Source: Candidatus Bathyarchaeota archaeon | Lineage (GTDB): Archaea; Thermoproteota; Bathyarchaeia; TCS64 | Direction: 5' to 3' | DNA: 64,000 nt | NCBI GenBank assembly: GCA_963769425.1 | Contig: CAVYLP010000003.1 | Span: 224,001 to 288,000 of the forward strand | In this document: piece by piece, positions 9,651 through 18,879 of the stretch | Numbering within the stretch: the stretch's first letter is position 1 | Layout of the letters: each line of letters starts with the position of its first letter | Position numbers and translations under genes: made by a program | Notes under the pieces: model-generated | What the model saw: the letters and a program-made list of their open reading frames with translations, nothing else | Databases searched by the model: none | Told to the model about the DNA's origin: nothing

Positions 9651-10234
9651 TTTGCCCAGTCCTCCTGGATCTTCTTCTTGGTCTCCTCGAAGTGCTCGGG
9701 GAGAGACTCTGGTCTAAGACCCTTCCTGAGGTAGACCGAGAAGTACTTCTCGTATCCCTCTGGGTCGATTACCTTCGCGTAGTTGGCGATATCTCCGCCG
9801 TTTAACCTCTCCGGCGGGGGTATGACGTCGCTGTCGCAGGGGATGTTGAGCCCCGCGTCGATGGCGCCCTTGACAACCGCGAATATCTTCGAACCCTTCG
9901 TTGGCCTCTTGAGCCCGAGGTCGAGATATGCGGTCTCCACACCCTCTTTGAGTGCTTTGTGGCCTGCGATCAAACCCAGCAGGTATCCCGCGGGGATGCT
10001 CTTACCGCTTGCCTGCCAGCCGTACTTGCTGATCAGCTCGTTTGAGGCGACCTGGGTCAGCACCTTGTCGCCGATTATCTCGGCTTTCACTACCTGTGCG
10101 AGTATACCGTGGTTGGAGGCTCGGACTACGAACCTTGGTTGGTCCGATGTGGCGAGTATCCGCCGGGCCTGGTAGTCAGTCTTTTGTTCCCTTCTTCGCC
10201 TGTATGCGAGTCTGTAGCGTGCGTTTTTAGCCAA
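9647..10234 (-). CDS. rpl18: Ribosomal protein uL18
   Basis: RRRREQKTDY, LDLGL, KGAIDAGL. Confidence 0.96.
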   Translation of the reverse strand: MAKNARYRLAYRRRREQKTDYQARRILATSDQPRFVVRASNHGILAQVVKAEIIGDKVLTQVASNELISKYGWQASGKSIPAGYLLGLIAGHKALKEGVETAYLDLGLKRPTKGSKIFAVVKGAIDAGLNIPCDSDVIPPPERLNGGDIANYAKVIDPEGYEKYFSVYLRKGLRPESLPEHFEETKKKIQEDWAK

Positions 10235-10685
10235 AGCTACGCCTCCTTAATTTCTGCTCGTTGATGTGCCGATCGAGCTCGGCGAGACTGCGGAATTCTC
10301 CGCCTTTTGCCTTCATGTATAGGCTACGGTATGTACTCACGGTGATTACGCGCTGGTCGCGGAGCTCGGTAAGCTTCCTCCTGAGTGCCCTTATGCGGTT
10401 CATCCAGCGGGTCTTCTCTGAAACCTCAGCGAAGGCTTTACCCTTCTTAGTACCCATACCGATTCTTCGTCCAGAGCGCTTCTTCTGCGCCAAGACTCTT
10501 GCGCGACCGCGACTAGTGCCCCTCTCGGGGAGCGCCTTTATAGCACCTTCCCGTATGAGCTTCCGGATCTCAGTCCGAGTGATGGCGCCCTCGACGTCGC
10601 TGATCTTCTCCGGGTCGATCCAGACGCGGTTTACTCCTATCTCGAGGAGGGATGCGGCTAGTCGTCTCTGGTTTGTGAGGTTCAT
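10227..10685 (-). CDS. rpl19e: Ribosomal protein eL19
   Basis: QRRLAA..RVWIDP, YMKAKGGEF. Confidence 0.96.
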   Translation of the reverse strand: MNLTNQRRLAASLLEIGVNRVWIDPEKISDVEGAITRTEIRKLIREGAIKALPERGTSRGRARVLAQKKRSGRRIGMGTKKGKAFAEVSEKTRWMNRIRALRRKLTELRDQRVITVSTYRSLYMKAKGGEFRSLAELDRHINEQKLRRRSFG

Positions 10686-11113
10686 TTCTTTTCCTCCTCA
10701 AGTTCTTCGAAGTCTGAGGGCTTCGCCTTTGGTCCTGCGTTGAGGATCTTTACGCCGAGCTTCTCGGCCTCTTCCAGTATCTGTGCCCTCTTTCTTCCAC
10801 CGACTGTCCCTCCTATGCGTGCGACCTGATTCTCCTTGTCGACGGCTGCTAGGTCGTTGGCGTTTTGGATTAATACCTCTTCCTTGCCGGTCGGGTGAAG
10901 CCCGCGTACAGCGGATGGGCCTCCCCATCCGATGTTGGCTACTTTTGGCCAGCCCTTCTCGTTTGTGCGCATCTTGTTATCGATGCCGCGTGGCTTCCTC
11001 CAACGTGGCTTTATCTTTATAAAGCGCCATGACTCGAAGGCGTTGAACTTGGGACGGCTCTGGCTGAGCTTCTTCCTGACCCTGAGGAGTCTTCTCTTTT
11101 CGGTGTCGCTCAT
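10682..11113 (-). CDS. rpl32e: Ribosomal protein eL32
   Basis: WRKPRGIDNKMR, RGLHPTG. Confidence 0.96.
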   Translation of the reverse strand: MSDTEKRRLLRVRKKLSQSRPKFNAFESWRFIKIKPRWRKPRGIDNKMRTNEKGWPKVANIGWGGPSAVRGLHPTGKEEVLIQNANDLAAVDKENQVARIGGTVGGRKRAQILEEAEKLGVKILNAGPKAKPSDFEELEEEKK

Positions 11114-11120
11114 CGTTCAT

Positions 11121-11654
11121 TTACTCCTTGCTGTAGACGTAGACGCCATCTAGGAACTTTCTCAGGTCCTTGTTGCGTATCTTTGCCCGCGTCTGTATAT
11201 TTGCGGCGGTCTGGCTGACATCGTCTATGTCGATGCCCTCGAGGATTACATCGTCTTGCTTGATGGTAACCTTCGTGTCGCCTAATATGTTGGCGATTCT
11301 GGCCTTCCTCTCGCCGACGAAGTTTTCTATGTGGACTTCCTTTCCAACTACCTTTACGGATGTCGGGAAGTGGACGAAGACTATCTTCATCTTGTAGACG
11401 AAGCCAGTCGATACGCCCTTGATCATGTTATTTACATGTGCACTGATCGTGCCGACGAGGGCGGCTTCTGTTCGCCTCGGGTTCTCGATGCTGAGTTTGA
11501 GGCTGTTGCCCTCCTTGACTATATTGAGCTTGGTGTGAGTGAAGTCCTTGATTATCTTTCCCTTGGGTCCCTGTACTGTTACCTTTCTACCCTCTAGGGT
11601 GAGCTGGATATTCTCCGGTATCTCGACGGTGTTTTCGACTATCTGTAGAGACAT
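11121..11654 (-). CDS. rpl6: Ribosomal protein uL6
   Basis: VQGPKG, HFP, NFVGE, DLRKFLDGVY. Confidence 0.96.
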   Translation of the reverse strand: MSLQIVENTVEIPENIQLTLEGRKVTVQGPKGKIIKDFTHTKLNIVKEGNSLKLSIENPRRTEAALVGTISAHVNNMIKGVSTGFVYKMKIVFVHFPTSVKVVGKEVHIENFVGERKARIANILGDTKVTIKQDDVILEGIDIDDVSQTAANIQTRAKIRNKDLRKFLDGVYVYSKE

Positions 11655-11663
11655 CTTTCTCAC

Positions 11664-12047
11664 CTAGTAGACGTAGGCGATCACGACGCCGCCGACGTTG
11701 AACTCCTTCGCCTGGCGGTGGTCGATGACGCCCTTGGGGGTTGATAGGATGACTGCACCGAGGTCTCGGCTGGGGAGGAAGCGCTTCTCCCACTTTTCCA
11801 TCTCCTTGACCTTCGTGGAGTATCTGGGGTGAACTGCCCTGCATTCGTTGATGCGGCCGAAGAGCTGTACGCGGAACTTTCCCTGCCTTCCGTCGTCTAT
11901 GAACTCAATCTCGCCTATGTAGCCTTTCTGCTGTATGAGGCGGAGGACCCTGCCAACGAGGCCGGAGGCGGGTGTGATTATGCACTCTTTCTTTCGCCTG
12001 CCCTCGTGATTCATTATCGTATTAAGAGCGTTTACTAGTGGGTCCAT
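11664..12047 (-). CDS. rps8: Ribosomal protein uS8
   Basis: GYIGEIEFIDDGRQG, ILSTPKGV. Confidence 0.96.
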   Translation of the reverse strand: MDPLVNALNTIMNHEGRRKKECIITPASGLVGRVLRLIQQKGYIGEIEFIDDGRQGKFRVQLFGRINECRAVHPRYSTKVKEMEKWEKRFLPSRDLGAVILSTPKGVIDHRQAKEFNVGGVVIAYVY

Positions 12048-12052
12048 TCAAA

Positions 12053-12208
12053 TCACCTGTATTTCCTGAAGCCCATCGCGGGGGCCACTTCCCTGAAGCA
12101 TTTCCTGCAGATGTTGAGTCCGTAGCGCCTGATGAGGCCGTTGTGGGTTCCGCATCTGATGCATGCCCTGCTGCCTGGTCCGGTTGTGCGTTTCTTCTGC
12201 TCACTCAT
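12053..12208 (-). CDS. rps14: Ribosomal protein uS14 (51 aa, missed by the ORF track)
   Basis: Manual translation [51 protein letters not shown]. Confidence 0.95.
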   Translation of the reverse strand: MSEQKKRTTGPGSRACIRCGTHNGLIRRYGLNICRKCFREVAPAMGFRKYR

Positions 12209-12740
12209 TGGCTACTCCCACCTCGATGCCGAACTTTGACTTTACGAAATCCATTGACTCCTCGGGTGTAACCTTGTGGCTCTTCCCGATCTTTGCTCTG
12301 GCGTGCTTCTTCTCATCTATGTGGTACCCTGCGCGCTCTACCGTCACCATCACATCCATGCCGGTGATGCCGAGGTTCGGATCGTACCTCGTTCCGGGGA
12401 TGTCGATGTGCTCCTTTATCCCGAAGGCGAAGTTGCCCCACTTATCGAAGCTGCGTTGGTTGATCTTCTTGTTAACGGCTGTGAGCGCCTTCACGAGGAA
12501 GGTTTCTGCACTCTCTCCGCGGAGCGTGACCATGCACGCTATGGGTTCCTTCTTGCGAATGTTGAATCCCCTGATGGTCTGCTTCGCGAATCGTTGACAG
12601 GGTTTCTGCCCTGTAAGCTGCTCCATGATGGTTTGTGCGTGGTCTAGGGGGTCGCCCGAGGCGCCCACACCCATGTTGACCACGACCTTACCGATCCTTA
12701 GAGCCCTCATGGGGTTGGTCTCTACGATTTCGGTTGTCAT
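12201..12740 (-). CDS. rpl5: Ribosomal protein uL5
   Basis: [28 protein letters not shown]. Confidence 0.96.
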   Translation of the reverse strand: MTTEIVETNPMRALRIGKVVVNMGVGASGDPLDHAQTIMEQLTGQKPCQRFAKQTIRGFNIRKKEPIACMVTLRGESAETFLVKALTAVNKKINQRSFDKWGNFAFGIKEHIDIPGTRYDPNLGITGMDVMVTVERAGYHIDEKKHARAKIGKSHKVTPEESMDFVKSKFGIEVGVANE

Positions 12741-12741
12741 C

Positions 12742-13473
12742 TCATTGACTCTCCGGTAATGATATCAGCGACTGTGCGACGCCGATGGGGAAGACGTACT
12801 TTGTCAGTGTGCGTATGTCCTCGCCCTTGGCTGTCCTCACGGTCGCCGTCTTCTTCCAGCCCGGCTCGTCGCCGAAGCCAATTATGATTCCTGTTTCACC
12901 CTGGGACCTGCCGCCCGTGATGACGGTCTGTAGCTGGTCCTTGAAGGGGATATGCTCGACTATTTCCTGGGACGGGACCTTGATCTTCAGGACATCGTTG
13001 ACCTTGTAGGGAGCCTCAGTCTTCACGTTGAGGGTCCTACCGTCGTGTAGCCTTAACTGTGTCACGTTGTTCCTAAGGGTTGTCTTGCCTATGATCCTGC
13101 AGAGTTTGAATCCGATCTCGTCTCCCTTGATCTGGTGTAGGGCTAGGCGTCCCCCCTTTGCGGGGAGGACGCGGTAGCTCTCACCAGCGTCGGGCAGGGA
13201 TATGACGTCCATGAGGCCCACGGGGAACTTCTCGTCGAGGCGTGCTTTACCGTCGATCTTGATCTTCCCCTGCTTGGCGATCATGGAAGCCTCCCTGCGT
13301 GTTGAGGCGTATCCAAGCATGTCGCGGAGTAGAACCGTGACGGGTATGGATGTGCTGAAGTTGTGTGGCCCTGGACTCGTGTTTATGGACCAGACGTTTG
13401 CCTTCCTATGGATTGTCCAGAACGTCGGTGCCTGCTGCCTCTTCAAATGTCTTGTTGGTCCTTTTCTACCCAT
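12742..13473 (-). CDS. rps4e: Ribosomal protein eS4
   Basis: HLKRQQAP, PGPH, FPVGLMDV. Confidence 0.96.
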   Translation of the reverse strand: MGRKGPTRHLKRQQAPTFWTIHRKANVWSINTSPGPHNFSTSIPVTVLLRDMLGYASTRREASMIAKQGKIKIDGKARLDEKFPVGLMDVISLPDAGESYRVLPAKGGRLALHQIKGDEIGFKLCRIIGKTTLRNNVTQLRLHDGRTLNVKTEAPYKVNDVLKIKVPSQEIVEHIPFKDQLQTVITGGRSQGETGIIIGFGDEPGWKKTATVRTAKGEDIRTLTKYVFPIGVAQSLISLPESQ

Positions 13474-13475
13474 CT

Positions 13476-13859
13476 CTACTCCTCCTTAGCCTTGAAGCCC
13501 TTCCTCTCGAGGATCCTCTTCCTCCAGTCATCGTCGAGGTCGAGCTTCGTGATCATTACGTTCTCGGCGCGTATCGGTATCTGCACGGTTGATCCGTCTA
13601 GGCGGGTCCTTGTGACTCCCTCGACGTAGACGCGGGAGCTCTTGGTGTTTACCCTGAGGACCTTTCCCTCGGTGAGCTTCCGGTCACCCTTCGTGATAGC
13701 GACGGTGTCGTTCTCGATGACTGGCATCGTCCTCGCGCCGTACTGGGTCTTGAGATTCGGTGATAGCGGGGCAGAAATGTACCGCCTCCTAACCTGTACA
13801 GGGGCATTTCTCTGCTGCTTCCTGACAGTCGAAGGCTTTGTGTTGCCTACTTTGTTCAT
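13476..13859 (-). CDS. rpl24: Ribosomal protein uL24
   Basis: KQQRNAP, SAPLS, VYVEGV. Confidence 0.94.
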   Translation of the reverse strand: MNKVGNTKPSTVRKQQRNAPVQVRRRYISAPLSPNLKTQYGARTMPVIENDTVAITKGDRKLTEGKVLRVNTKSSRVYVEGVTRTRLDGSTVQIPIRAENVMITKLDLDDDWRKRILERKGFKAKEE

Positions 13860-14282
13860 TTAGACTACCACCCTCGCTGTTGTTCCGAGGCGCGCGAAGC
13901 GTTCAACTGCTTCCTTTGCGACTGGTCCCTTGACGTCCGAGCCCCTAAGGGTTCCCTCGGGTGTGAGTATGACGGCTGCGTTGTCCTCGAATTGGATCCA
14001 GGTGCCATCCTTACGCAGGTATGGCTTTCTCTGGCGGACGATGACCGCGTTGAACATCTGTCGCCTCATCTCGGGCGTACCCTCGCGGCAGCTTACCATA
14101 CAGAGATCGCCTACGCTAGCTATCGGTAGCCTGCGGCGTCGACCTTTATAGCCGAAGACCTGAATGAGGCGTAGTACACGTGCACCACTGTTGTCAGCGC
14201 AAATGAAGACGGAGCCTGATGTGAGGCCTCCGCTTATCTTTCGACGAGGTATAATTTTTCTCTTCCCCGTTCTCTTACTCAT
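13860..14282 (-). CDS. rpl14: Ribosomal protein uL14
   Basis: ADNSGA, FEDNAAV, GPVAKE. Confidence 0.96.
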   Translation of the reverse strand: MSKRTGKRKIIPRRKISGGLTSGSVFICADNSGARVLRLIQVFGYKGRRRRLPIASVGDLCMVSCREGTPEMRRQMFNAVIVRQRKPYLRKDGTWIQFEDNAAVILTPEGTLRGSDVKGPVAKEAVERFARLGTTARVVV

Positions 14283-14286
14283 TCAT

Positions 14287-14604
14287 TCACGCCTCCTCGC
14301 CTAGTTTTTCTACGACGCAGAAGGACTTGGTCTTACTGAGTGGTCTGCACTCAGCGACGCGGACCCTTTCGCCCTTCTTTGCGTCGATGCATGGGGGGTT
14401 GTGTGCGGTGATGCGGCTGCTCGCTCGCGCGTAGCGCTCGTATTTCCTGTTGAATCTGGTGTAGTCGATGCGGATAACGACGGACTTTGACATCCTGTCG
14501 CTAACCACCACACCGTCCAATACCCGCCCCCTCACCGCTAGGGAGCCGTGGAATGGGCAGTCTGGGTCACTACACTCGTTCTCGGGTCTTTTAAGACTCA
14601 TCAA
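14287..14604 (-). CDS. rps17: Ribosomal protein uS17
   Basis: CPFHGSLAVRG, ECRPLSKTK. Confidence 0.96.
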   Translation of the reverse strand: MMSLKRPENECSDPDCPFHGSLAVRGRVLDGVVVSDRMSKSVVIRIDYTRFNRKYERYARASSRITAHNPPCIDAKKGERVRVAECRPLSKTKSFCVVEKLGEEA

Positions 14605-14616
14605 AACCTTTTCGCC

Positions 14617-14901
14617 CTACCAATTTCGTCTCGGCTTCTTCTTTACGCGGTCTTCTGGTCGACCGATGAGGTTCTTTCCCTCTACCTCAACCAAGGTTCC
14701 GCCCAGGTTGAAAATGAATGACGCCTCACCCTTAGCGATTATCTTATCGACTCCTTTCTGATTGAGTGTGAGGGTGTTGCGCGTCTCGTCTGTGATTATT
14801 CCCTTAATTCTCTTCTGACTTTTGTTGGTGCCACCGCTGATCCTCGCGTCGAGCCCGATGAGCTCGTGGCGGGTAATGTTGTCAGCGGTGAGCGGCGTCA
14901 C
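14617..14901 (-). CDS. rnp1: RNase P protein subunit Rpp29
   Basis: HELIGL, DETRNTL, GRPEDR. Confidence 0.93.
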   Translation of the reverse strand: MTPLTADNITRHELIGLDARISGGTNKSQKRIKGIITDETRNTLTLNQKGVDKIIAKGEASFIFNLGGTLVEVEGKNLIGRPEDRVKKKPRRNW

Positions 14902-15104
14902 TGCTTAGACGCCTCCTCGTGGATGATGGTCTCCACTCTGGCGACTGCCTTTTTCAGCGCCTTGGCCCTTCCGGGGTTCTCAACTGAGCCACCCGCGTTA
15001 ATCAGTGTCCTGATCTTTGATAGCTCGGTCTTAAGCTCCACGAGCTTCTCCTTTCTCTGCTCGGGGGTCATCTCTCTAATCTCTTCGAGCCTTAATACTG
15101 GCAT
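14898..15104 (-). CDS. rpl29: Ribosomal protein uL29
   Basis: EIREM..ENPG..KKAVARVET. Confidence 0.94.
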   Translation of the reverse strand: MPVLRLEEIREMTPEQRKEKLVELKTELSKIRTLINAGGSVENPGRAKALKKAVARVETIIHEEASKQ

Positions 15105-15989
15105 TTACTTTTCCTCCTCGTCTTTCTCTGGATCAGACTCGGGCTTCTCCTCTGTCTTTTCCTCGGCGGGGGGAGTCTCCGGCTCGGTCTTTGGCTCCTC
15201 TACCACTGCTTCCTCAGTGGTGTGGACTTCCGGCTCGGAGGGTGTCTCCTCTGTCTTTACCTCTTCAGGAGTCTCTACAATAGCCTCGGGCTGCTCAGCG
15301 GGTTGGGCCACCTCTTCAGTTACAGGCACCTGCTCCACGTCTGGTTCAACGCCCTCTGGCATGTAGACTTCCTCCTCTGGGTACTCGATCTCTGGGAGGT
15401 CCTTTAGTGAGATCTTGTCTGGGAACTTAGCGTCTGGCGGGATGATGTTGACCGTTACGCCTAGTATGCCCCTCTTTTGTTTGACGTGTATCGTCGCGTG
15501 GCGGAGGTATCTCTTGGATGGTTCGCCAGCCTTCGGGATGTATCCCTCGCTCACCTTCTCGAATCTCGCCCTTGCGCTCCTTATCGGGCCTTTGAGTATG
15601 ATTTCGCAGCCTAGTGCGCCGCTGTCCATGATCCTGCGAAGGCTCCAGAAGATGCTCCTGCGGAAGTGGACACCACGCTCGAGGGCGTTGGCGACCCTAG
15701 CTGCCATGATGTGAGGGTTGAGCTCCGGAACCTCGATCTCCACGACGGTGATCTGGGGGTTGACTAGGCCTAGCTTGTGTTCAAGTTTCTCGGAGGCGTC
15801 CTTGATGGCCCTGCCTCTCTTGCCTATTACTCTTCCAGGCCTCATCGTGTAGAGGTTGATCTGGGCGCCTAGCGGCGTCTTTGTGAGTGTGATTCCGCCG
15901 TAACCGGCCTCTTCGAACTCCTTAGAGAGGAGTTCATCGACCGCCATGCGCTCCTTGTTGTCCCGGATGATTCTCTTGACTACTGACAA
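15105..15989 (-). CDS. rps3: Ribosomal protein uS3 with long acidic C-terminal tail
   Basis: RPGRVIGKRG, LERGVHFRR; E/P/T-rich last about 95 aa. Confidence 0.96.
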   Translation of the reverse strand: MSVVKRIIRDNKERMAVDELLSKEFEEAGYGGITLTKTPLGAQINLYTMRPGRVIGKRGRAIKDASEKLEHKLGLVNPQITVVEIEVPELNPHIMAARVANALERGVHFRRSIFWSLRRIMDSGALGCEIILKGPIRSARARFEKVSEGYIPKAGEPSKRYLRHATIHVKQKRGILGVTVNIIPPDAKFPDKISLKDLPEIEYPEEEVYMPEGVEPDVEQVPVTEEVAQPAEQPEAIVETPEEVKTEETPSEPEVHTTEEAVVEEPKTEPETPPAEEKTEEKPESDPEKDEEEK

Positions 15990-15991
15990 GC

Positions 15992-16453
15992 TTACACTTC
16001 CTCAACCGCGACCTCGATGTGGGTCAGGTGCCTGAAATATGGCGATGCCCTTCCGAAGGCCCGCGGTATGAACTTCCTTATTCTGCGACCCCTATGCGCC
16101 GCGATGTGTGTGATCTTTAAATTCTCGGTGTCTAGCCCCTTGAACTCGGCGTTCGCCTCTACGGCGTCTAGAACTCGGAGGATCTCCCCCGCGGCTTTCT
16201 GCGGGTATCTGCCTGCGTCAAAGCCTTGTGCCTCTGCTCTGTGTGGCACTTTGAGCTTGTACCTATAATATGGTACTGGTTTCTTGAGCTCAACGACATC
16301 TTGCAGCGTCTCCTTTGCTTTATCGAGCTTCATGCCCTTTATGTAATTGCAGATTTCTCTGGCAGCCTTTGGCTTAATTCTAAGATCCCTGCCGCTGGCT
16401 ATTGCTGTCTTGTCCGGATCTAGACCTGTGACCGAGTATCTCCAGGATGGCAT
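15992..16453 (-). CDS. rpl22: Ribosomal protein uL22
   Basis: GRYPQKAA, ANAEFKGL, PRAFGRA. Confidence 0.96.
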   Translation of the reverse strand: MPSWRYSVTGLDPDKTAIASGRDLRIKPKAAREICNYIKGMKLDKAKETLQDVVELKKPVPYYRYKLKVPHRAEAQGFDAGRYPQKAAGEILRVLDAVEANAEFKGLDTENLKITHIAAHRGRRIRKFIPRAFGRASPYFRHLTHIEVAVEEV

Positions 16454-16483
16454 ATGCGCACCGTTCGCCTTACTTGAAATCGG

Positions 16484-16506
16484 GACTTTATATAAAAACG
16501 TTATCT
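16484..16506 (-). promoter_or_regulatory. Internal TATA promoter upstream of rpl22 within an AT-rich 226-bp gap
   Basis: Minus strand GATAACGTTTTTATATAAAG about 35 bp before the rpl22 ATG. Confidence 0.6.
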
Positions 16507-16679
16507 AAATTCGTGTGAGAAGCGATCATATAGAGGATTATTATCGGTTCTTTCTATTATGTGTCTGTGAGGGGTTTTCTAATGATTATTTTGAAGTTTT
16601 TATCATGCAGTTATTTATGAATAATATTAATGTAGATAATTTTGAAAATATTAACTGAATAAAATAAGCTGAAGTGAAA

Positions 16680-17063
16680 TTACTTCAGCGGGATGTACAT
16701 CGAGCTTCTGGACGCGCCGATGCCTGGCTTACCGTGGCGGACTAGCTTGTTTGTAATAACGAACTCGCCCAAATAGTGGCCTAGCATCTTCTCGTTGATC
16801 CTGATCTCGACGAAGGCTTGGCCGCTGTGGACCAGGATTATCTTTCCTATCATCTCGGGTAGGACGACCATGTCCCTTGCGTGAGTCTTTATTGGTTTGC
16901 CATTGTCCTGCCTGAGGCGCTCGAGCACGATTCTCTGCTCATTACTGAGACCCCTGCGTAGGCTCCTCCTCATGCGGCTAGGCAGGAGGTTGATGAACTC
17001 GTCCATTGACATGGCCTTCAGGTCGTCTACGCTTCGTCCCCGGTACATGAAGTTCTTTGGCAT
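16680..17063 (-). CDS. rps19: Ribosomal protein uS19
   Basis: IKTHARDM, MLGHYLGEF, GASRSS. Confidence 0.96.
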   Translation of the reverse strand: MPKNFMYRGRSVDDLKAMSMDEFINLLPSRMRRSLRRGLSNEQRIVLERLRQDNGKPIKTHARDMVVLPEMIGKIILVHSGQAFVEIRINEKMLGHYLGEFVITNKLVRHGKPGIGASRSSMYIPLK

Positions 17064-17104
17064 TCGTCTTCACTCCATCATGTCGCTTTATTTAATCGTG
17101 CCGG

Positions 17105-17842
17105 TTACTCCCTCTCCCTCTTACGCTTTGAACCGCCCTTGCCCGAGGTTCTCGCGGCGATGAGTCCGACTTTAGCTCCTGGGGGCATTCTGCGTCCTAC
17201 CGTCGTTGATTTGCCTGGGCGCCTGTGGCGGCCACCACCGTGCGGGTGGCTCGCGGCGGTCATCTTTACGCCGTGCGCTGTCGGGAAGACCTTGTTGTTG
17301 GCCATTGCGGCGTGGTATACCTCGCCTGCCTTGAGGCGTGGCTTCTCGAGGCGGCCTCCGCCCGAGATGACTCCGACGGTCGCGCGTGAGTCTGCGGATA
17401 GAAGTATGCTCTTCTTTGATGGGAGCTTTACGACGGTCTTGCCCATGTTGTGGGCGATGACTGTCGCGTATGCTCCTGATGCTCTTACGATCCTTCCTCC
17501 GTCGCCGGGCTTGATCTCTAGGTTGTTGACGAGTGTTCCCTCTGGTATTTTTCCGAGTGGAATTACGTTCCCGACCGAGAGAGGGGCGTCTGCGCCTATA
17601 ACGATCTCCTGGTCGACGTGTGTGCCCTCTGGGGCCGCGGAGTAGAATGTCTCGCCGGTCGTCAATTGGATGACGGCCAGGGGTGCCATGCGCCCGGACT
17701 CGTGTACGATGTCCTTGATGGTTCCTCGCATCGACTCGGTTGAGACGGGGGGGTATCTTGCCTGTGCGATTTTGCCCGTGTGTGCACTTTGGAAGACGGG
17801 TGTTCCGCGTCCTCTACGTTGGACCTTTATTCGTTTTCCCAT
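17105..17842 (-). CDS. rpl2: Ribosomal protein uL2
   Basis: QRRGRG, PGDGG, HPHGGG, KVGLIAAR. Confidence 0.97.
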   Translation of the reverse strand: MGKRIKVQRRGRGTPVFQSAHTGKIAQARYPPVSTESMRGTIKDIVHESGRMAPLAVIQLTTGETFYSAAPEGTHVDQEIVIGADAPLSVGNVIPLGKIPEGTLVNNLEIKPGDGGRIVRASGAYATVIAHNMGKTVVKLPSKKSILLSADSRATVGVISGGGRLEKPRLKAGEVYHAAMANNKVFPTAHGVKMTAASHPHGGGRHRRPGKSTTVGRRMPPGAKVGLIAARTSGKGGSKRKRERE

Positions 17843-17851
17843 TCATCACAC

Positions 17852-18112
17852 CTACAGTATACCGAGCTTTATGGCGACCTCTGAGGCGCTGAAGCCTTCC
17901 GTGAGTTTCACGAAAGCCTTCTTCTTACCCTGCCTGTCGATGAGGGTATTAATCTCCTTCGTCTCGACCTGGTAGAGTTCCTTGATTGCTTTGGCGATGT
18001 CCTTCTTCGTTGCCTCGCGGTTAACTATGAAGATGAGCTTGTTCTCGTTCTCGATCATGTATACGCTACGCTCTGTCATCGTCGGGTACATTATGACGTC
18101 TTGTGCCTGCAT
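17852..18112 (-). CDS. rpl23: Ribosomal protein uL23
   Basis: TER..ENENKLIF, GKKKAFVKL. Confidence 0.95.
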   Translation of the reverse strand: MQAQDVIMYPTMTERSVYMIENENKLIFIVNREATKKDIAKAIKELYQVETKEINTLIDRQGKKKAFVKLTEGFSASEVAIKLGIL

Positions 18113-18114
18113 GT

Positions 18115-18879
18115 TTATTCCTCCCAGGTCTCGTCGAGGGCGGTGAAGGCTGACTTGGCCCAGATGACTAGTCTACCGGGGTTTGCCCCGGGGGCTAGGA
18201 GCTCGGCGTTAAGGTTTCTGAGAACGGTTACATCTACGCCTGGTAAGTTCCTCGCGGCCTTTGTAATGCCTTTATCCTCGGATATGATGATGAGTGGGCC
18301 CTTGCCTATCTTTTTACCCCTTCCCCTCATGTTCCCCCTGCCGGCGCGTGTACCCTTCCGGTCGGCGCGCTCGACGTCAGCCCATACGCCGATCTTTGTG
18401 AAGATGTCCTCGACCTCCTTGGTCTTCTGGACATCTTCGAGGGAGTCGTCAAGGACGAGGGGTAGTTGTGTGACGCCTGCGATGTTGTGTCCGCGTGCTG
18501 CGACGATCTCCTTGTTGGCTGATGCTGCGATGCCGGAGCGGATCGCTAGGCGGCGTTCCTTCTTGTTGATCCTCTTGACTGTGACCTTCTGGGACATGGG
18601 CGGGGTAGATTGGTGGCCACCGACTGCCTGTACGGCGAAGTCGGCTTTCCCGCTCTGCTTGAGGCGGGGCAGCCTCGCCTGACCGTGGCCGGTCCCCCTG
18701 CTGAGTGCTGTGTTTCTCTTGCCCGCGAGAGGGTCCCTGCCCTGTGGCTGGAAATCGTGGCTCTGCTGGGCAATGACGGCCCGCCTTATTACCTCCGGCT
18801 TAATTGGGGTGTCGAATATCTTTGGGAGGTCGATCTCATCGATCTTTTCGTTGGCGAGGCTTAGTACTGGGACCTTCAT
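18115..18879 (-). CDS. rpl4: Ribosomal protein uL4
   Basis: GTGHGQARLPR, RAGRG, LAPGANPGRL. Confidence 0.96.
   Translation of the reverse strand: MKVPVLSLANEKIDEIDLPKIFDTPIKPEVIRRAVIAQQSHDFQPQGRDPLAGKRNTALSRGTGHGQARLPRLKQSGKADFAVQAVGGHQSTPPMSQKVTVKRINKKERRLAIRSGIAASANKEIVAARGHNIAGVTQLPLVLDDSLEDVQKTKEVEDIFTKIGVWADVERADRKGTRAGRGNMRGRGKKIGKGPLIIISEDKGITKAARNLPGVDVTVLRNLNAELLAPGANPGRLVIWAKSAFTALDETWEE

Noticed and set aside
16484-16512. dif-like Xer site (TTTATATAA-AAACG-TTATCTAAA)
   Set aside because: Spacer and arm lengths do not fit the 11-6-11 layout; better explained as the rpl22 promoter.
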